The notes beneath the pieces were generated by a model. The model did no database searches. It worked only from the letters and a program-made list of their open reading frames with translations, and was not told the DNA's origin. The position numbers were made by a program, and so were the translations under genes. Positions 35,731-42,013 of a DNA stretch of 42,013 nt are shown here, in pieces. The DNA comes from Octopus bimaculoides (Eukaryota). Position 1 is the stretch's first letter. Every line of letters starts with the position of its first letter. Location: contig NC_068981.1 in assembly GCF_001194135.2 (NCBI RefSeq), positions 14,404,423 through 14,446,435 on the forward strand, in the 5' to 3' direction.

Positions 35731-37605
35731 TGTTGGGACAGCTCGTAGGAATGAGCTTTGCTGCTATTGGAGTTAGATACGTTCTATTTACTAATTTAGA
35801 TCTTGTATCTGGCAAAGAGTACCGTTCAGGAAAGTCCACTACTTTGAGAACATTCGGGTGTAGTCTCTGAACAATCTCATCAGTCACTGAAACAATCATG
35901 TATATTACCATCTCTCCTCTCAATGAAAAATAAAATTACGTTGTACGATGTAATTGATTCACTCTCCTAGGCGCTCGCTCACACTCTTATATGTATAAAT
36001 GAGAGGAGAGAGAGAAAGCGAGAGCAGGAGAGTGAGACAGAAGGAGAAAGAAAAAGAATGAAAAAGAAAGCAAAGTTTCATGCATATTTTTCTCTATTGA
36101 TCGAATACATTACTAACACAGATACACTCTACTTCTCTCTTTCTCAATGTTTCGCTTTTACAAAATGCATTGAAAGATAGTTGATTTGAGAGCTAGAGAT
36201 GCATTTATACTAATAGAGTAGCATTAATATGCGAAACAGTAATTACAATTAAAAGTCAGTATATATGTGCTGAACATGACCAAAGGCCGATGATTATATG
36301 TTGTTCTATTCACTAGAATTCACCTGATGTTTCATGCTCTAGGGTATATTAGGATTCGGACAGAAATTGGATCGTTTCAGGCAAGAGAAACAAAAATAAA
36401 TCAAGCCAGGATATTGTACTCTTGGGAAATAGTTGGAAGGCAACAGACAAACAACTTGTATCCATAAGGGAGATTTCATTGAAGACATTCGCTTTAGCTG
36501 TCATTTATTTGATAAATGTCTTCTAGGCTATATTTTTCCTATTCCTAAGATATATTTGGAATGCACTGCAGCTTTATGTTGCAGTAATTTATAATATAAG
36601 AATAAATAAATAAAATAATAATGTTACTCCTGACACAATGTTATTTACAATAACAAGAACAAAGTAAAATTGTAATGATTATAAATAATATTATTAGTGT
36701 TGTTATTAGTATTAATGATCACATTATGATTGATGTTGGCGTTTCTTGTCTTGTTTGTTCCATATTTGCAGTTGTACTTATTAATCTTTTCTCGTTGTAG
36801 TTCTTGTTCAACCAACTTGTGTATTTGTTCTTAATTTAAAACAAAAAATTCAGCGCATAAGAGAAACGGAAAATTTTATACTAAATGTATCATTAATCAC
36901 ACGAGCCATCGCTGGAAAAGTTACAAATGACATGTTTTAACATATTTCAACATACAAAAAGAGAACTGCCAAATCCCAAATGTAAAGCGATTGACGCAAC
37001 GTTGATGATAAGATCACAATTGCTCTATAAGGAGTCTTATTTACTGTGAAGCTAGTGTGTATGAATATCTGTCTATGTTCTGAAGAAGAAAATTTACTTG
37101 CCATCTTAGGACTATCTTTTGATATGTTGGAAAGAATGAGTGAGTGAGAGGAGGATCTCTTGACGAATGTACGATTTTCCCACGCTAGCGTTTAGTTTAA
37201 CTCACGACACACAAACTTATGTCAAGAATATTGTTGCACATCTTTTTGCCAACATAAAACCACTTCCCTTGATCCTTATTTTCAAGTTGTCATAATCTCC
37301 GTAAGAATAGGAGCTGACGTAATCGCTGTCAGTTTTAATATTCTGGTTACAAATTGTCTTTGAGGGCCAAGGGCTTTCCAATTACACACACATACTCGTT
37401 AACCATTTAAAGTAAGTGTGCGCGCCCACACACACGCATACGGTTTTATGATTGCTTTATGTCGAATTATAAAAATAATCTAGACTATTTAACTGAAGAA
37501 ATAGTTAACAATTTTCTCTATTGTACATATTCATTATACCTTTACAAGTGAAATGTGACTGTATAATACAATCACCACTATTCCTGTAAAAGTAATATAT
37601 GTGTG

Positions 37606-37606
<1 letters not shown>

Positions 37607-37639
<33 letters not shown>

Positions 37640-37640
37640 G
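37607..37640. repeat. (GTT)n microsatellite
   Basis: Direct reading. Confidence 0.96.
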
Positions 37641-38504
37641 GAATAATCAAAACGTCCAAAAAGATGCTCCTTTTGATTTATGTCAGAAGATAAAGAAATT
37701 CATCAAAGCTATCTATATAGATAGCTGTTAAAAATATACGAATAAATCAAACTACACATCCAAAGATGTAAGAAGTATATATTAGAATGAAAAGAAAACT
37801 CTTGATAATTTCATTTAATACTCTTTTAATATATTACTACGACATATTTTGTCGACTTTGCGAGATCAATGCAGTTCCGGACAAGACATATTGGAAACAG
37901 AGCAGCAAGTACATCCGTGTCTCAGAGCACCGAATATGTTGCGCTGTAATACATAGCAATTATAGTTTTCATGATACTGTATATTAATGAGATCGGTTTC
38001 TATGGTGATACTTCTGGATATCAATACAATGCTGCCATACATATGATGGCTTTTATATAATAATATAAAGTCAAATTAAAGATTCACACATCATCGTGAG
38101 GAAAGATAATATAGTTTAGATTAAGAAAACAAGATATGAATAATGCATATAAACTTAATTCTAGAAATTTTCTGTATGAAGAGACAAGGAAATAGGACGA
38201 AATTAAAATATCTCTTCGAAAATGTAAGTAACACGTGGAAAGACAAACTGAGTCAAAAACGGACAGTCTAAGAGGTTATGTAACCTGCTAGAAATAGTAG
38301 CCTAATCACCATTAAATCCCAGTTTACCATCGAAAAATTGAAGGAAAATATAAAAGAAATGTACTGCTAGATAACCCTAGAATGATAATTAGTCTATCCT
38401 GGAATAATTTTAATTATAAATCTTAATGTAAAACATTGATTGGAGATTGTACTATGAGATAGCCCATGATGAAAATTACATGATCTCATTATGATCGTTT
38501 AAAG

Positions 38505-38825
38505 CAGAGATTCTCAGCCATTTCTCATCTGTGGCCTCCTTTGATAAATATTTTATTTTGGTGAACTCCCACAGCCACTCTGTATTAAAAGCTAGTTTTG
38601 CAGAAACTTTTCAAAATTCATGTTTTTAACATATTATCTTGTGTAAATTAAGCTATGTAAACTGTTACAGAAAGAAACGTAGCTGGTTTTTGCAATATAT
38701 ATCATTACATACACCTAAAGCAAAATATTTTAGGGGTATTAAATATACCATTGTGGATCCACAATTTACTATTTTGTGGCGTGGACCCTTAAAATTCTTA
38801 TATGGACCCTGGTTGAGAACCTTTG
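38505..38825. mobile_element. Non-autonomous hAT (Charlie-like) MITE, 321 bp
   Basis: TIRs are CAGAGATTCTCAGCC (38505-38519) and GGTTGAGAACCTTTG (38811-38825, reverse complement CAAAGGTTCTCAACC). 8-bp TSD GTTTAAAG (38497-38504) / ATTTAAAG (38826-38833). Repeated subterminal TGGAYCC motifs. Confidence 0.85.
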
Positions 38826-39335
38826 ATTTAAAGCAACATTGACCATAGTGTTTACAATTGCATTTGCATTGTAAATAATGTTTGATCTATAAATAGTTTT
38901 ATTGTAATTTAAACACATGATTGTGTAGAATAACGGTTCATTACTCTTTCATTCGATTACATTTGTAGTTATTCTCAAAAAACGTGAGTAATCACAGTAA
39001 CAATAAAAATAAAGAAAGTCTAGTTAATCATATATATTAGCAAAAGATTACTTCACCATACTTCATCACATTCAGCAATTCTCTGTCGTGGTCAAAATAA
39101 TAAAGACTATCTGTCATCGATATCCAATTGTTTTTAAATATCTAATCCTAAATTTTTTAATGGATTCTTTACGGGTGGTTGGGGAAAATGTGATTTCGAA
39201 ATGTTTGTTTATCTATTGAAGGTATCACCTCCCTCCCAAAATAAAAAAAAGTCTTCTTACAGTCACAAGGTTTAAAGAAATAACATTTCAAATAGAAAAT
39301 CTTTGATTCTTATCTGTCTTAAAATTTGTATAAAA

Positions 39336-39640
39336 GATGGCTATGTGGTAAGAAGTTTGCTTCCTAACAACACGGTTCTGGGTTCAGTCCCACTGCATGA
39401 CAACTCAGGCATGTGCCTTCTACTATAGCGCCGTGGCCACTAAAGCCTTGTGAATGAATTTGGCAGAGAGACACTGAATGAAGCCTATCGTATATATACA
39501 CACCACTTGGCAGCGGTTTTTGGTCTCCATCGTCCCTGAACATTAGCGTTTCGCCAATATACTGAGATCTATTCGTTCATCTATGACCCTTGAAGGCAGT
39601 ACCTCAGCATAGACCCAATCCAATGACTGAAACAAGAGAT
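39336..39640 (+). mobile_element. Diverged SINE family A, centrally shortened
   Basis: Head GATGGCTATGTGGTAAGAAGTTTGC...GGGTTCAGTCCCACTGC and tail GAAGGCAGTACCTCAGCAT...AATGACTGAAACAAG. Confidence 0.8.
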
Positions 39641-39792
39641 ACGCCGAAAGATGAGTGGTATATTTCTACAGTTACAATTTGTCAAATAAATAATACACTT
39701 TGTTAACTCCACCTCAAAAATTATTGAAGTGAACCATAACAGTTCTTACATGATGCATCGATATTATCATATTATTAATAATTCAATCTACA

Positions 39793-39915
39793 TTTGACAC
39801 AGGGCCAACAATTTGTGGTGAGGTTGGAAGGCAATTGCATCGACCCTAATGTTCAACTAGTACTTGTTTCATCGACTCCTGAAACTAAGAAATGAAAAGT
39901 GCACATCGGTTGCAT
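39793..39915 (-). mobile_element. Old SINE family C fragment
   Basis: CATCGACCCTAATGTTCAACTAGTACTTGTTTCATCGACTCC matches CATCGACCCCAGTGCGTAACTGGTACTTAATTTATCGACCCC. Confidence 0.6.
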
Positions 39916-41559
39916 TTTGATAATTCTGCTAAATCCAGTGTTCAATATAATTATTCATAATAATGTTCTAAATATAAATAGTATCGCTAGATTATAATGG
40001 GAACAAGTTATGATAATGATAATAACACTCGTATAGAAATAGAATCTAAATCAACATGTTATGTTTAAATTAATATAGATTTGGACCACTACTTCTAAAA
40101 GGAGCTAACCTTTATATATAACATCTTAAATACATATACATATATGTGTATGCGTGTGTGTGTGTGTGTGTGTATACGTGATGTTTTCTTTGTTGGTTAC
40201 TTATAACATAAACTCTAGTTTAATAGATTAACAATGAAATAATTCATGCGAGAGACGCGTCTCTTTCTTTTCTCTCTTTCTTATTCGTATCTATTCTATA
40301 CACATTCTATAAATAATTCTTATTTTGTTCTTTATATATAAAAATCTATACTTCTTGCCTAATATAGTAAATTAGGTAAATATATTAGATAAAGTGCTTC
40401 ATATTATTTCTCGGTGCAATGTTTTTTTCTGATTTTGTTTTTGTATTTCCGCCATTAATGTTCTTTTTCGTATACGATTTATATATATAAATATTGAGTA
40501 ATATTTTTGTACGATCACTTTGAACTATAAAGATCTTGAATTCAAGAAACATTTGATCTTCTAGAAAGTTAGTATAAAAATGTATTACGATAAATTGTAC
40601 GCTTGAAAATCTCGTGAAATTTATTGAATACTAGATTTCCTTTTCATTAAGATCATTTTCCAGACATATATAATTTATTGCATGCAGTTTGAGCTAATTA
40701 ATAGCCTTTTGTATACCAAAAATCACAGCAACCCACTCACAGACGTAGAAGATTACAACCTATATTCACCAAAAAGAAGAGCCTGGTAGACGTAATCTAA
40801 ATATATCCCTTCTCATGCCGTGGGGGATAATATTCAAACAGACTCACAACCGTATGCTACATTTCATGCACATCCATATTCTTGGGGGTAAACCTTACTG
40901 CATGGAAATAAATTGTAGCACATGAGCAAAAATAAAATAGAAAGATAGAAAATGAATACAAGATTTAAAATTACCTAAACTTCTCCGAGGCAAATACATT
41001 TAGATACGGAAACATTTGAGTGTTACTAAAAACCTGAACAATTTCCCTCGCATAATGTGAAGCCTAGGAAGGGGAAGATTAAAAAGGAAAATATCACTCT
41101 AACTGCGAGACTTCCGTATTCTAAGAAGGGAGACAACCAAGCAGTGAAATTTATCGGCTCAACAGTTGAAATCAATTGAAAAACATTTTCCCCCTTATAT
41201 GGCAAGTCATTAGATAAATATCAATCTCCAAGAATGTCAAATGCCTAATTATACACACATATATACATGCAATTTCACGCGTCTAAAAGTTATTTTTTAA
41301 AGAAAGTTTTGGAATAACAACAGAATATCAACTATGAAGATGACTATAGACTCAGAAAATTGTAAAAATGATATTAAATATCGTGTTGATTGGGACTTCA
41401 GGTGGAAAACATTGATAGGCTCGATATAATATCACAAAACGCCAGCTGGCACCGGTGAACGATTATCGTTTCCACCAATTATTTTTATGCTTATGTAGAC
41501 TTCTTAGCCCGTTGACCAAGCCACATATCCAGTATGTGACTAGAATTAATAGAAATCTG

Positions 41560-41700
41560 TTTCAGCACTTTGGTTTAAAAAGCTGGATGTTCTTCCTAAG
41601 CCCAACAACATTACACTCTGTTCTGTGTGCTTTTCTAGTGCCACGGACAATATTGATATCACCAAGTAACTTTCAAGACAGAACAAGACCAAGAAACGAA
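41560..41700. repeat. Decayed interspersed repeat (retroelement-end-like)
   Basis: GCTGGATGTTCTTCCTAAGCCCAAC resembles the GGATGCCCTTCCTxxCGCCAAC motif seen in retroelement-derived repeats. Recognised from memory only. Confidence 0.35.
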
Positions 41701-42013
41701 AAAAGAAAGGACCGTTCAATAAAGTAGGGCTGGAGTATTTGAGGTGTGTATGATTGTATGTGTTTGTGTGGAGGTGCGTTGCTTTATGTCAGATACTGAG
41801 GGGCTAAAATAGGATAGATGGAGAATCGCAAGTGCCTTACCAGAGAGAGGAAACGTGGCCACTCCACATGTTATAAGGGTGGGTGGAGATGCAGAGGGCC
41901 TGAAAATTAAGAGTGCAAAACCAATAGCAGCTAAGATGGTGACTTTATAACAACGAATACATAACTCTACCTCTTAGTCTCGAGGGCTATTTACTTCTGT
42001 TGTGTTTGATATT

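Noticed and set aside
40251-40547. 14-bp palindromes at 40251-40264 and 40534-40547
   Set aside because: A few are expected by chance in 42 kb.
1-42013. The supplied ORFs as host genes
   Set aside because: Most are translations of (CA), (TA), (GATA), (AAT) or (GA) repeats or run through N gaps. Only 20193-20426 and 35302-35553 contain recognisable peptides, and both are retrotransposon fragments.

Overview
AT-rich, repeat-dense eukaryotic intronic or intergenic DNA. It is very probably from a cephalopod (Octopus-like); I infer this from the SINE families and microsatellite load, not from a search. No host protein-coding gene can be supported. Almost all ORFs in the track are read-throughs of microsatellites or N gaps. 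The window holds four scaffold gaps bordered by simple repeats and about 16 tRNA-derived SINE copies from three families, two with intact target-site duplications. It also holds fragments of RTE, CR1/Jockey-like and R4/Dong-like non-LTR retrotransposons, a probable decayed Penelope-like element and a hAT-type MITE. The most notable result is a well-formed type I hammerhead ribozyme fold on the minus strand at 23596-23732. It has an intact CUGAAGA/GAAA core and a palindromic helix III, and helix I extends into a long interrupted rod. Its cleavage triplet is the non-canonical GUG. Several weaker, decayed hammerhead-like motifs lie elsewhere, which suggests an unannotated ribozyme-carrying retroelement family (Penelope LTR or retrozyme).
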